Shown here: piece after piece, positions 37,616-49,949 of the stretch
Layout: each line of letters starts with the position of its first letter
How positions within the stretch are numbered: position 1 is the first letter of the stretch
Assembly (NCBI RefSeq): GCF_001194135.2
Contig: NC_068986.1
Coordinates: forward strand, 10,527,972-10,590,526
Origin: Octopus bimaculoides
Lineage: Eukaryota
DNA length: 62,555 nucleotides
Direction of reading: 5' to 3'
Translations under genes and position numbers: made by a program
Notes under the pieces: model-generated
Seen by the model: only the letters and a program-made list of their open reading frames with translations
The model's database searches: none
What the model was told of the DNA's origin: nothing

Positions 37616-37795
37616 ATAAAAAATAAAATCAATAAAAAAATACTCTCTGCATGTGAGTAACAGAAACATGAAACTCAGAATAGAGCTTTTGTTTCACGGA
37701 ATGTGATAAAATCGATATACAACTGTTATTTATTTAAATTATTTTCTAACATTTTGATTACCTCTAATTAATTTGAACTGTCTCTCCCATTTCAG

Positions 37796-37943
37796 CCTCT
37801 TCTATTACTGATGTGTACACAGTTAAAGAAATCAATGATCTATTGAAAGTTCCTTCTGGCCAAGATATATTTGGTTACTCTTACAGTTTTATTAGTTGGT
37901 TTAATGTGGATGCAACAAATAAGAATTACATACAGTTTTACTG
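37796..37943 (+). CDS. MEIOB: MEIOB coding exon 10 (SSITDVYTVKEI...FGYSYSFISWFNVD...QFY)
   Basis: AG/GTAGAA, 148 nt, phase 1 to 2; matches STIVDVYTVEQL...YGILYAYISTLNID. Confidence 0.92.
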
Positions 37944-38833
37944 GTAGAATGGCTTTTTACATTCAGTTTGTTTTATAATTTATCGAATTAATTATCATAA
38001 ATTAAAATTATTGATTTTACTTTCAATGTTTAATTTTATATTTGATGTTGTTACTATTATTATTTTCAAATGACTGATTTTAATATATTATATAATGTAT
38101 CATACTATAGTTTAAATAAAGAATGCAAACACATTCTTTCTATGTTATTAATGTGCAGGAAAAAGAAAAAGAGGGAGGTAGTCTCCTGACAAACTGTTTT
38201 ATGGTTTGTTAACCACTCTTCAGAGAAGGCCTGTCCAGCATCTTTTCCCAACCAATAGTATAGACAAACTGCTGTATAAAGCAGTCAGGAATTAGGTCAG
38301 TACTATTGAGGATAGCCTAATTTGCATGTTTATGCTTTTACTAGCTCCTCATTGAACTTCTCACATAAATTAATAATAAAACTTTAAACAAACAGCAAAG
38401 ACTCCCTCAGTCATAAATGACCATGGGATTGCACCTAGAAAGTTGCCCTCCAAAGCACAAGTCTGGACTAGGTTGTTTATGGACAACCAGCAGTCACCCA
38501 TCCATACCAGCCTCCCTTCTCCATGCCACCAATGTTATCCAAGGGAAAGGCAAAGGGGCCAATACAATTTGACACCAGTGATGCTGCAACTCATTTCTAC
38601 AGCTGAGTGAACTGGAGCAACGTGAAATAAAGTGTCTTGTTCAAGAATACAACACACAGCCAGGTCAAGGAATTGAACTCACTACCTCATGATTGTGAGC
38701 CTGACATCTTAACCACTGAGCCATGCACTTTCACTAATTAAACTTAGATGTAGCTTAAAAAAAAAAAGAAAAAAAACCTTTCAGCTTATAGGGTTTTAAG
38801 TTTACTGCTTAAAAACTTCCTCTTCGTTTAACT

Positions 38834-39109
38834 CAGTGGTTCCCAAACTTTTTTGGGCTGCTGTCTCCTTGACACCTGGGCCACATTCCTAGCGCCCTCA
38901 CCCCAACTAACCATCACAAGTATAGACCTCTTTCTCAAAAAAATTTAAAACAACCGTATTTCACAAATAAAACTTAACCTAATGAACCCATTATTTTGTT
39001 GTTTTTACATGAATTGCCACCCCATTATTGCCCCACTTTTCTTCAACATCCCCTTGGAACTTTCCACCACTCCCAAGGGGAGCAATACCACCCACTTTAG
39101 GAACCATTG
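38834..39109. mobile_element. hAT MITE
   Basis: TIRs CAGTGGTTCCCAAAC / TTTAGGAACCATTG with 8-bp flanks GTTTAACT / ATTTAACA (6/8). Similar elements at 30090-30881 (split by a SINE) and 58553-58743. Confidence 0.65.
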
Positions 39110-40410
39110 ATTTAACATATTCAAAAAACACACTTCAACCTAAGGGAGTTCATTCCTGTTCTAGACACATGGTGCAAAGGAGGATTTAAACAACTTTCTG
39201 CCAGACACTGAAACAGCTGTTAGGTATAGAGTGAACTAAGGTAACAAGTGCCCAGAATCATTTGCACATCAAATAAAACGCTGAGAGGCACTTCTTTAGA
39301 CTTTTTACATTCTGAGTTCAAATGCTGTTGAGGTCAGCTTTGCCTTTCACCATTTTGGGGCCGATAAAATAAGTATCAGTCATGCACTGGAGTCAATGTA
39401 ACGAACCAGCCCCTTCTCCCCAAACTTCACATCTTTTGCTTATAGCAGAAAGAATTATACTGTGCACTCTTCTGGTTTGTAGAAGTCTACAGTACCTCGG
39501 TATAGTTAGGTTGGCTTAACAATCAGCATCATCATCAACACTCTTCAGAAATAGAAGCTTCACGTCAGGGATGTTAATACAACCCATCAATCAGCCAGCT
39601 GACATCTTTGATCAACAAGCTGACATCTTTGATCAACAAGCTGACACCTCACAGAGTTAGTTTTATTAAACATTGCTTAACGAGGTTACTACAAAATTTG
39701 AAATGACATTTATGTTTTCACAATGTTTGATATATTTACATTTACCTAAAAAACAACCTTTTAGGTTTATAAGTTAAACACTTCTGTTTATTAACAAAAG
39801 TTAGCATGAAATTTTATAAAATACTTTAAAATGTGAAATAATTTGTTTTTTTTAATTTTTGCATCTTCAGTTTCATTAACAACATATCTTTACAGGAAGA
39901 AAAGAAAGGAAAAACGTTAAAAGTATCGAATTATGGAGGTAAAAAACCATAACTACCTCACCATGGAACCCAAAAGAAAAAAAGGGGGGGGCAGCAGAAG
40001 GTAGTTGGGGTAGAGGAAATAATAGGTTGTACATCCCAGAACAAATGGCATGTTTTGCCATGCTTCACAGACATGATTGCAAAGGCATTGCTACAGAGAA
40101 TGGCCAGTGACACTCACTGCCTCATGAGATTCATCTCTCAAACAGGCCACAGTTATTCTGATTTTGTGGAGGAAATTGGCTGTGCAGGGTCTGTGATTGA
40201 ATTCAAAGTACATAAAATCAAAGGCTGGCAACCTTCGACTTTTACCATCCAAAAGGATTTTTAACCCAATATTTAAATGCTGTTATTTATAGCTTTATCT
40301 CCTTCAAGTTCATCCATTAAACATGAATTATTTCATGTTCTCTCATATTCTCTAAATTCTTATGATGTAAACAACATGTTATTTATTTTTGTTTTCTTCA
40401 ATTATTTCAG

Positions 40411-40600
40411 CCCTGATTGCATGTTTCTAATGAGTGCGGAGTCTCCAATCTGTTTAAACAGCAACTGTGAATCTACTTATGATAATATGAAGTCTCCCAT
40501 TATAAAGTTCTATCTGACAATCTCTTTCTCAGACTGTACAGACACAATAAGGAAATGCTTCATAAACAATGACCTTGTTGAAAACCTTCTCAACATTTCA
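40411..40600 (+). CDS. MEIOB: MEIOB coding exon 11 (CPDC...CLNSNC...FSDCTDTIRKCFINNDLVENLLNIS)
   Basis: AG/GTCAGT, 190 nt, phase 2 to 0; zinc-binding cysteines; aligns with LTDHTGTLHSC. Confidence 0.92.
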
Positions 40601-41947
40601 GTCAGTATACAATTATTGTTTTACCTTAACAACTTTCTCTCTTTATTAAATTTCCATGTCCTTTAGCTTTCATCTTTTACTTGTTTCAGTCATTGGATTG
40701 TGACCATGCTGGGGCACTGCTTTGACAGGTGTAGCTGTAGAACGGGAGGGAAGGAGGGAGGGAGAAGAAGGTAGAAAAAGAAAGTGAATAAAATTATATT
40801 CATCCATTTATAAATATGAAGATATTATTCTATCATTGTATATATATATATATATCATCATCGTCGTCGTCGTCGTCATCGTTGAACATCTGCTTTCCAT
40901 GCTGGCATAGGTTGGATGGTTTGACTGAGGACTGGCGAGCCAGAAGGCTGCACCAGGCTCCAATCTGATCTGGCAAATTTTCTACTGTTGGGTGCCCTTC
41001 CTAACGCCAACCACTCCGAGAGTATAGTGGGTGCTTTAAAACGAAATTTTATTGGGGTGAAAACTTTTCCCTACAAGTGCGTGACCTTTTGCCAAAATTA
41101 GAAATCAATATTGACAATCATTGATTGATGATCATTGAATAATTGTTCATTGAAACATTGATTACTGAATACAAGAGCTTCGCTATTTTGAGCTTCATTA
41201 GAACCCAGATTGATTTTGGAAAACTTTTTTTTTCCTCTGCTGAAAACTTTGACTCCATAATTATTTTACAGTAATCATCATCACCATTTTAAACATTCAC
41301 TTTTCCATGCTTGCAAAGGTTGGACAAAGTTTGTTGAGGCAAAGTTTCTGTGGCCAGATGCCCCTCCTCTCACCAGCCCTCATCTGTTTCCAAGAAAGGT
41401 AATATTTCCCCATGGTTAAGGCAACAAACTCACAGAATTGTTAGCACATAAAATAGAATGCTTGGCAGCATTTGGTCTACTTTTACATTCTGACTTCAAA
41501 TTCCACTGGGGTCAACATTACTTTTCATCCTTCAAGATTGAACATTGGGTCGTTTTAATCAACTTACCCCTCTCCCAAAAGTACTGGCCTTATGCCTAAA
41601 TTATTATTATTAAGTTGGTGAGCTGGCAGAGTTGTTAGCATGCCAGGCATAATGATTAGCAACATTTCATCTGTCTTTGCGTTCAGAGTTCAAGTTCCAC
41701 TGAGGTCAATTTTGCCTATCGTCCTTTCTGGGGTCAATAAATTAAGTACCAGTGAAACACCGGGGTCCATATAATCAACTAGTCCCCTCCTCCAAAATTT
41801 CAGGCCTTGTGCCATTAGTAGAAAGGGTTGCTACTACTACGACTACTACTGCTGCTGCTGCTGCTACTACTACTACTACTACTACTACTGTACACACCAA
41901 AATAGGTTTGATTCCTAATTTCTTGTATATTTTCTCTTCCTTTGTAG

Positions 41948-42034
41948 GCTGCTCAATTCATTCAGCTGAGTGAAAATAGAAAGACAGAACTGAAGTGGAA
42001 AGTCTTGTTTGAACGATTCAAAATATATTTCAAG
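41948..42034 (+). CDS. MEIOB: MEIOB coding exon 12 (AAQFIQLSENRKTELKWKVLFERFKIYFK)
   Basis: AG/GTAGAT, 87 nt, phase 0 to 0; matches [27 protein letters not shown]. Confidence 0.95.
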
Positions 42035-42763
42035 GTAGATATATCTTATGTTTTTACAACTACTAAAGTGGGAAGTTTTAAAAATCAAATTAAATTCATG
42101 GAATATTTTACCAATTTAGTTATCATCAATACATTATGAAGTACAATGGGTGAGAGGTTAAAGTTTTGGAGCAGTTTCTCCTAAAATGGCTTCTAGGGAA
42201 TCCTAGAATCTTTTGTAAAAATACTGGGCTTCAGCAAGGAAAGGGTTATTTTAACAAGTTATACAAGATGTGCCAAAAAAAAGAAACCGTCCTAGATTCA
42301 TCATCCTTGATAAAAGCTTCAATAGCAAAATTTCAGTGTACCCTGATGTTAACTTAAGAAGCACAGTAAAACATTAATTAGATGAAGACATTGTTATCCC
42401 CCACTTAAGTTGACAAGGGCCACACCAATAGTCATGTAAAACATGGGTCATTTTTCTGTTGCACCTGATATATTTGGTTAAAACTGAAACTGAAATTTAA
42501 TCAGATGTTCAAAACCTTGTCAGTAGATTTGGTAGACAGAAACTGAAAGAAGTTCGTTGTATATATATATATATATATAGAGAGTTANNNNNNNNNNNNN
42601 NNNNNNATAGAGTTATTAATATTTCTAAGTCTCTCTAAAGGAGACTACGGCAGCGGTACTGGAAATTAATAGTTATCGCCAAGCCAACATGGCAGTCCCA
42701 AAATTAGGACGAAAGCTGCCGTGAATTAGCTCCAAGAAGCCATCGCCTCTAGCTAGCTATGTG

Positions 42764-42802
<39 letters not shown>

Positions 42803-42823
42803 ATATATATATATATATGTATA

Positions 42824-43030
42824 TATATTAAAAATGGGGAAGGCCGGTTTATGGGATTACCTTAAGTTTACCGTCCATAAAGGGTTTAGATTTATGGAGT
42901 ATCATTAGATCTCAAAAACCTGTTGGGCCAACAGGTTTTTGGGATCTAATGATACGCCATAAATCTAAACCCTTTATGGACAGGAAACCTAAGGTAATCC
43001 CATAAACAAGCCTTCCCCATTTTTAATATA
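42824..43030. repeat. Near-perfect 207-bp palindrome (fold-back element) flanked by TA repeats
   Basis: 101-nt arms 42824-42924 and 42930-43030 around GGGCC, with only a handful of mismatches. Confidence 0.92.
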
Positions 43031-43589
43031 TACTGCTCTGCATCTTAGAGTGTGCTTCTTCTTTCGGATTTATGTTTTCTACAAACAATGTGTGTGTGTG
43101 TGTCCATGTTTGCCCCCTACCGCTGCTTGATAACTAATGCTGGTATGTTTACGTCCCCCATAGAACAAGTACAAGGCTTTTAAAAAAATAAGTCAATTTG
43201 TTTGACTAAAAATTCTTCAAGGTGACGCTCCCGCATGGCTGCAGTCTAATAGCTGAAAGAAGTAAAAGATAAAAGAAAAGAAAAAAGATATACACACACA
43301 ACATTCTTCCAAAGTTTTCATTTACCAAATTCATTCATAAGGCACTGGTTGGCCCAAGGTGCCATGTTGTGGGACTGAACCCCAAAACGACATGGCTGCA
43401 AAGGGAGCAAAATTAGATTATATGGCAAGTATGGGGCTTGCCATATAATCGACATTCCTATTAGCGCAATGCTCTAATCCACTAAGCTAAATGCTCAACT
43501 TTCAAATAAAAAAAAATGAAAATGATATATCTTCAAGAGAATTCATATTTCCTCCCATCTTAAATTTAGTTTGATTCTGCCTTCTTCAG

Positions 43590-43697
43590 ATCCAGAGACA
43601 ACAAGAATCTAATCGCCAACCCCATAGAATTAAAGTCCTACACTGTATGCCAGTTGATCTGCAAGAACTGGTCACTTATTACCAACACAAGAAATAA
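43590..43697 (+). CDS. MEIOB: MEIOB coding exon 13, terminal (IQRQQESNRQPHRIKVLHCMPVDLQELVTYYQHKK*)
   Basis: Acceptor CTTCTTCAG ending 43589, TAA at 43695-43697; RIKVLHCMPVD aligns with KISVLSCKLAD. Confidence 0.88.
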   Translation: MQRQQESNRQPHRIKVLHCMPVDLQELVTYYQHKK

Positions 43698-45539
43698 AAT
43701 TAAAAATCAATGTTTGACCCCTTTCTGCTGCTGTTTTATCTATAATTGGTAAATATAATATTGTTATTTTTATCTCATAATAATTCTTTTCAAAGAAGTC
43801 AATAAATCGTTCACATCACCATTCTTTCATCTTTTATTCTTTACTTGTTTCAGTCATTAGACTGGGGCCATGCTGGAGCACCACCTTGAAGAGTTTTTTG
43901 TTGAAGGAATCAACCCCAGTACTATTTTTTTTTAAGCCTGGTACTTATTCTACTGCTCACTTTTGTCAAGGGGATGCAAACATAGCAACGCTTGTTGTCT
44001 TGTAGTGGTGGGGGATAAACACAGACACAAAGACACACGCACGCACACACACACATACATATACAAAGCATCCAATCCACACTGTAAAGTGGTTGGTGTT
44101 CAGAAGGGCATCCAGCAGTAAAAACCTTGCCAAAACTGACCTCGCCTGTGCTTGTGCCACGTAAAAAGCATTGAGTCCACTCTGCTGAGTGGTTGGCGTT
44201 AGGGAGGGCATCTGGCTGTAAAAATCCTGCCAAAAAAAAATCACAGAAGTCTGGTGCAAGCTTCTGCCTGGCCAGCTCCTGTCAAACCGTCCCACCCATG
44301 CCAGCATGGAAGGCAGACATTAAATGATGATAATGATGATGATGGTGATACTACATAAAAGGCACTCATTACAATGTGTAGAGACACTGGCATTAGGAAT
44401 GCCATCCAGCCATAGAAACTATGTCAAAACAGACTGGAGCCAGTTGAAGCTCTCCGGCTCACCAGCACCTCTCAAACCTTCCAACCCATGCCAGCAGGGA
44501 AATGGATGTTAAATGATGATGATGATGATGATGTAGCAGGTCAATAGAATCGTGTAAGATGTAGGTGAGAAACTAGAAATAATAAAAAAATTGATGAACA
44601 TGTGAAGAATTGTGTTACAGAAAATAAGTTTTAATGATGGCTTATACAGGACTTTCATGTTAAACATTGTCATATGAAACAGCATTAAATTAAAATAGTT
44701 ATTTGTGTATCATATCTAATATATATATAAACCATTTGAAAGGCATGATGCTATGGATTTTGTCTGAAAGAAAATCTTTTAAACAACATGCTGTGTTAAA
44801 AGCACAATATATATGAGAGCAAGATAAATATCACAGCATTGACTCCTGAGAACGATAGACATGTTTCAGCCTTTATGAGCCATGTCCATGATGTATACCC
44901 AGTTACCACATACCTAGACAAAATCTGTCCCCTTTTGCAGAAAGCTTGCAGAGCCGTAGTAAACTTGGTGTGTGCATTTGAAAAGTGTCTGATATTCTCA
45001 CGAGTCACTTGCAACAATATTCACCTCACTTTAATATCATCATCATCATCGTTTAACGTCCGCTTTCCATGCTAGCATGGGTTGGACGATTTNNNNNNNN
45101 NNGACACTCACTTGAAGAATTTTTAGTCAAATATATTGACCCGAGTACATTTTTTTTAAAGCCTGGTACTTATTCTATCAGTCTCTCTTGCTAAACCACT
45201 TAGTTACAGTGACATAAACACACCAACACCAATTATCATGATAGGGGTGGGAGCAATATATTCATATATATAGTTTTAGGGAAAATAACCAAGTTTCAAG
45301 AACTCATCGATGAAAATCCACTATCACATATAGAAAAATTAATAATTAAAAGCACAATAAATGAGTATAATATAAAGTAAATATCATATGATATTTACTT
45401 NNNNNNNNNNGGTTATTTTCCCTAAAACTATATATTTTATATATATTTTATCTATAAAGCTCAATTTAATTTTAATTTTTTATAAATTGATTTTAATTGA
45501 GTTTTTACCTGTAATTTTGGATTTTGTCCCTAATATTAT

Positions 45540-45582
<43 letters not shown>

Positions 45583-46310
45583 ACAGGTTTTTTTCAGTTT
45601 CTGTCAACCAAATCCACTCACAAAGATTTGGTCAGCCTTCAGGCTATAGTAAACATTTTGCCCAAAGTGGCACTGACCTGGAACCATGTGGCTAGGAAGC
45701 AAACTTCTTACCACACAGCCACACCTGCACCACCTATATATATATATTGTTTTTGTAACACAAGTCTATGAAGAGATTTTCTCTTTGACAAAGTTACATC
45801 ATGCCTTTCAATATGTACATATATTAGGTATGGTACACAGATAGCTATTTTGTTATTTAGCATTTTTATAACTCACCTAAAAATTTAGATAATTAAAACA
45901 GTAGAAACAGGTTTTAAATAATATTTTCCCCTGGCCAAACATGTTTTCACAGAATATTGGAAACAAATCTAACAAGATCATTCATTTGCAATATTCTATG
46001 GAAAATGTCTGGTCAAGGGGGAAATATTACTGTATTTGGAAACAGGTAAAGGTTAATAACAAGGGAGGGGCATCTGACTGCAGAAAATCTGCCTCATTTA
46101 ACTTTGACCCTTGCAAGCATGGGAAAGTGAGCATTAAAACTGATGATGATGAATAATCTATAAATATTTTTTCAGCAAATAACCATGAAAACAGTCAATA
46201 TTATAATATAAAGCTTTATTTTGCAACATGATTAAATGGATAAACAGTTTGACGATAATTTACAATGTAATGGCTTTGAATAAGAATTTTCCAAATGTTT
46301 TGTTTTACAG

Positions 46311-46415
46311 TTAGGATAGTTTAACACTACCCTCAAGAATAATGGATCGGTCTAAATTCCGAATGAGAGCAAAACGGATGTTGTAAAGTTTGGTCTTCTC
46401 AACTTCCAGCATTTT
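46311..46415 (-). CDS. NUP85: NUP85 terminal exon (KMLEVEKTKLYNIRFALIRNLDRSIILEGSVKLS*)
   Basis: Long pyrimidine tract + AG, 105 nt ending in TAA; matches LARNLARAIIREGS. Confidence 0.94.
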   Translation of the reverse strand, partial: KMLEVEKTKLYNIRFALIRNLDRSIILEGSVKLS

Positions 46416-47137
46416 CTACAAAATGAGAGAAAAAAAAAGCAATTACTAATATGTGTGCATGCGCATGTGTGTGTAAGGGTGAATACAATTATGTCAATAC
46501 ACAAAAATCACTGGAGCTCAATGCAATTCTTGGATTGCATCGGATCCAGTCAAAGCATCCTACCCATACCAGTATGGAACATGGACGTTAACTGATGTCG
46601 TTGGGACTCTACATCCTTCAAAACTTCTATGCTTCCTGAAATTTGCCAACAGTACATCTGATGCCCCCACCACCTTTTTTAAAACGATTCATTCCCTGTG
46701 CACTGTTTTATGTACTGCGCATCCCCTCTTGGCTACTTTCCCTGATGACTTTTAGTACACCTGAGCACTATATACAATAAGTTCGTCATTATTTCATTAT
46801 TAATTAGCTATACATTAAGGCAGTGAGTTGGCCGAAACGTTAGCACGCCAAGCGAAATGCTTAGCGGTACTTCATCTGTCTTTACGTTCTGAGTTCAAAT
46901 TCTGCCAAGGTCGTCGACTTTGCTTTTCATCCTTTCAGGGTCGATAAATTAAGTACCAGTTGTGTACTGGGGTTGATCTAATAGACTGGCCCTCTCCCCC
47001 AAAATTTTGGGCCTTGTGCCTAGAGCAGAAAAGATTAATTAGCGTTACATAACAGCAGTAGGGGAGACTAGCTTAGACTAGACATGATACACACACATAT
47101 ACACGCACAATATAGAAACATAAGTCCTTTGGCATAC

Positions 47138-47230
47138 CTTTTGATTGTCGTCTCCAATAAGACTGATTTCTTTCGTTAATTCCTCAACACAATGCATCAG
47201 TTCATAGGTTTGCTGACTGTTGATAAGCAT
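47138..47230 (-). CDS. NUP85: NUP85 exon (MLINSQQTYELMHCVEELTKEISLIGDDNQK)
   Basis: AG/GTATGC, 93 nt, phase 0 to 0. Confidence 0.94.
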
Positions 47231-47542
47231 CTAGAAACAATATGAACAACATACATTGTCAATATAGTCACTTTTATANNNNNNNNNNNNNNNNNNNNNN
47301 NNNNNNNNNNNNNNNNNNNNNNNNNNNNNNNNNNNNNNNNNNNNNNNNNNNNNNNNNNNNNNNNNNNNNNNNNNNNNNNNNNNNNNNNNNNNNNNNNNNN
47401 NNNNNNNNNNNNNNNNNNNNNNNNNNNNNNNNNNNNNNNNNNNNNNNNNNNNNNNNNNNNNNNNNNNNNNNNNNNNNNNNNNNNNNNNNNNNNNNNNNNN
47501 NNNNNNNNNNNNNNNNNNNNNNNNNNNNNNNNNNNNNNNNNN

Positions 47543-47573
<31 letters not shown>

Positions 47574-48297
47574 GTCTGTGTCTTTGTGTCTTTTTTTTTG
47601 TCTCACACTACCACTTGACAAATGGTGTTGGTATGTTTATGTCCTCTAACTTAGCAGTTCAGCAAGACAGTATTCATGTCGATTCATTCGGTCAACTAAA
47701 AATTCTTGGAGGTGGTGCCCCAGCATGGCCGCAGTCTAATGGCTGAAACAAGTAAAAGATAACATTAACACAATATTTCATAGAGAGAGATGCGTGTGAT
47801 TTCAAGGAGATAACCATTAAACAACAGTTTAAGTATGTGTCTTGTAACTGGTCCATTGAAAGCACCCTTCAATCATTGGACAATATGTTGTGCTTGTGAA
47901 GATCTGTTGAACCGAGTGAAATTGGAGTTGTGGCTGATACTGATGCCGTCTGACTGGCAACTGTGCTGGTGGCACGTAAAAAGCACCGTTTGAGCATTGG
48001 GCCTCACAGAGACAGTGACAGGTGACCATAGTCATGGCCGATGCCAGTGTCAGGTCAATGGCACCCATGCCGGTGGCACGTAAAAGGCACCCACTATACT
48101 CTTGGAGTGGTTGGCGTTAGGAAGGGCATCCAGTCATAGAAACCTTATCAAACTTATCAAATCAGATTGGAACCAGGTACAGCCACCCCCACCTGCTTAC
48201 CAGTTTCCAGTCAAACCATCCAACCCATGCCAGCATGGAAAGAGGACATTAAACGATGATGACAACAACAACAACAGTATTAAGGAATCCTTCTTAC

Positions 48298-48349
48298 TTC
48301 TTGAGACTCTAAGAGTGGTAAAGCATCACAGAGGAGAGTGATCCAGAAA
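48298..48349 (-). CDS. NUP85: NUP85 exon (FWITLLCDALPLLESQE)
   Basis: AG/GTAAGA, 52 nt, phase 2 to 0. Confidence 0.95.
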
Positions 48350-49346
48350 CTGAAAAATAGAAGTAAAATATTTCACTTTTTACACAAAATGTCTCCTTCA
48401 AATGACACACAAAACAACAATACAACCTACTGAGTATTACAATTAGGGGAGGTAGGGTCCAGTCACATACTGGAAAAAGGGGCAGTCAATATCTCCCAAG
48501 CAACGGGGACCCCCTTCGGTCACAAATGACCATAGGATTGCACCTACAAAGTTACCCTCCGAAGCACAAGTTCAAGCAAGGTTGTTTATGGAAGACCAAC
48601 AATTGCCCATACATACCAGCCTCCCCTCTCCACGCCACCGATGTTAGTCAAGGGAAAGGCAAAGGGGCCGATACAGCTTGGCACCAGTGACGTTAGTGAA
48701 CTGAGGCAACATGAAATAAAGTGTCTTGCTTAAGAACACATGCATCCCAGTCCAGGAATCGAACTCACAACCTCACGATCGTAAGCTCGACGCTCTAACC
48801 ACTGAGCCATGCGCCTTCACGTCTCCCAAGCATACAACTTTGATAACCACAGGCATGACCGTGTGGTTAAGTTGGCTTCTCAACCACATGATTTCAGTCT
48901 GAATGTGTGGCACTTTGGGCAAGCATCTTCTACTATAGCCCTAGGCCAATAGCACACACACATATTATGTTAAACTATCTTATGTCCAAATTTGGTCATT
49001 TGCGTTTTTTTTCAATATTTAATTTTGTTTGCAATAGCCAGTTCTTTTGGTCAAACTATCGTATCACCAGCTGCCTCAGACGCCAACACATAAAAATTGT
49101 CAAAGTGTAGTACAACAGTTTAGCATTTTTCAAAAGTGTCGTAAGTCCCACATACGACAGTTTTTCAAAAATATTTCTGACTGAAAATATCATCCATGCA
49201 TGGAGTTGCGACTTTATGCACTCAACAGAGTATTATCGTTAAGCTGAAACTGTTGCTAATGTAAAAAGAAATGGAATGATGAAACTATTTTTCCGTTTTC
49301 TGAAAAAGCAACATTTTGGACTTACAACACTTTTACATAATAGCAA

Positions 49347-49404
<58 letters not shown>

Positions 49405-49849
49405 TCTCTTTTACTTGTTTCAGTCATTTGACTGTGGCCATGCTGGAGCACCGCCTTTAGTCGAGCAAATCGACCCCAGGACTTATTCTTTGTAAGCCTA
49501 GTACTTATTCTATCGGTCTTTTTTGCCAAACTGCTAAGTTACAGGGACGTAAAGGCACCAGCATCGGTTGTCAAGCAATGTTGGTGGGGACAAACACATA
49601 CATATATACGACGGGCTTCTTTCAGTTTCCATCTACCAAATCCACTCACAAGGCTTTGGTCAGCTCGAGGCTATAGCAGAAGACACTTGCCCAAGGTGCC
49701 ACGCAGTGGGAATGAACCCAGAACCATGTGGTTGGTAAGCAAGCTACTTACCACACAGCCACTCCTGCGCCTATATATATATTGTCCACACTTTTGCATA
49801 ATAGCAACAATATGTAGACAGACAATACATAACTTTTAACATCACTTAC

Positions 49850-49949
49850 ACCTTTGGAGCCAGCCTTGCACCGATCAAAGACACCAAGAGATTAGCAGCT
49901 TCCTGGATTTCTCCTTCCTCATAGAGTTTATGGAATTCACGGTACTGAC
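49850..49949 (-). CDS. NUP85: NUP85 exon (GQYREFHKLYEEGEIQEAANLLVSLIGARLAPK)
   Basis: AG/GTAAGT, 100 nt, phase 1 to 2. Confidence 0.95.

Larger units (their letters stand above)
22929..43806 (+). other. MEIOB: MEIOB gene span (meiosis-specific OB-fold protein), 13 coding exons, 493 aa
   Basis: Exons join with GT-AG and matching phases into 1482 nt with no internal stop. Collinear similarity to vertebrate MEIOB from FTIRDS...NATCWG to LKWKVLFERFKIYFK; C4 zinc motif CPDC...CLNSNC; AATAAA at 43693 and 43801. Confidence 0.95.

Noticed and set aside
42694-42722. GGCAG-TCC...GGAC-GAAA-GCTGCC nested stems resembling half a ribozyme
   Set aside because: The CUGANGA strand is absent and I could not match twister or HDV consensus
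44796-45075. Antiparallel ORFs; minus ILSRYVVTGYTSW faintly resembles mariner FLSRIVTGDETW
   Set aside because: Similarity too short to support either a gene or a transposase call
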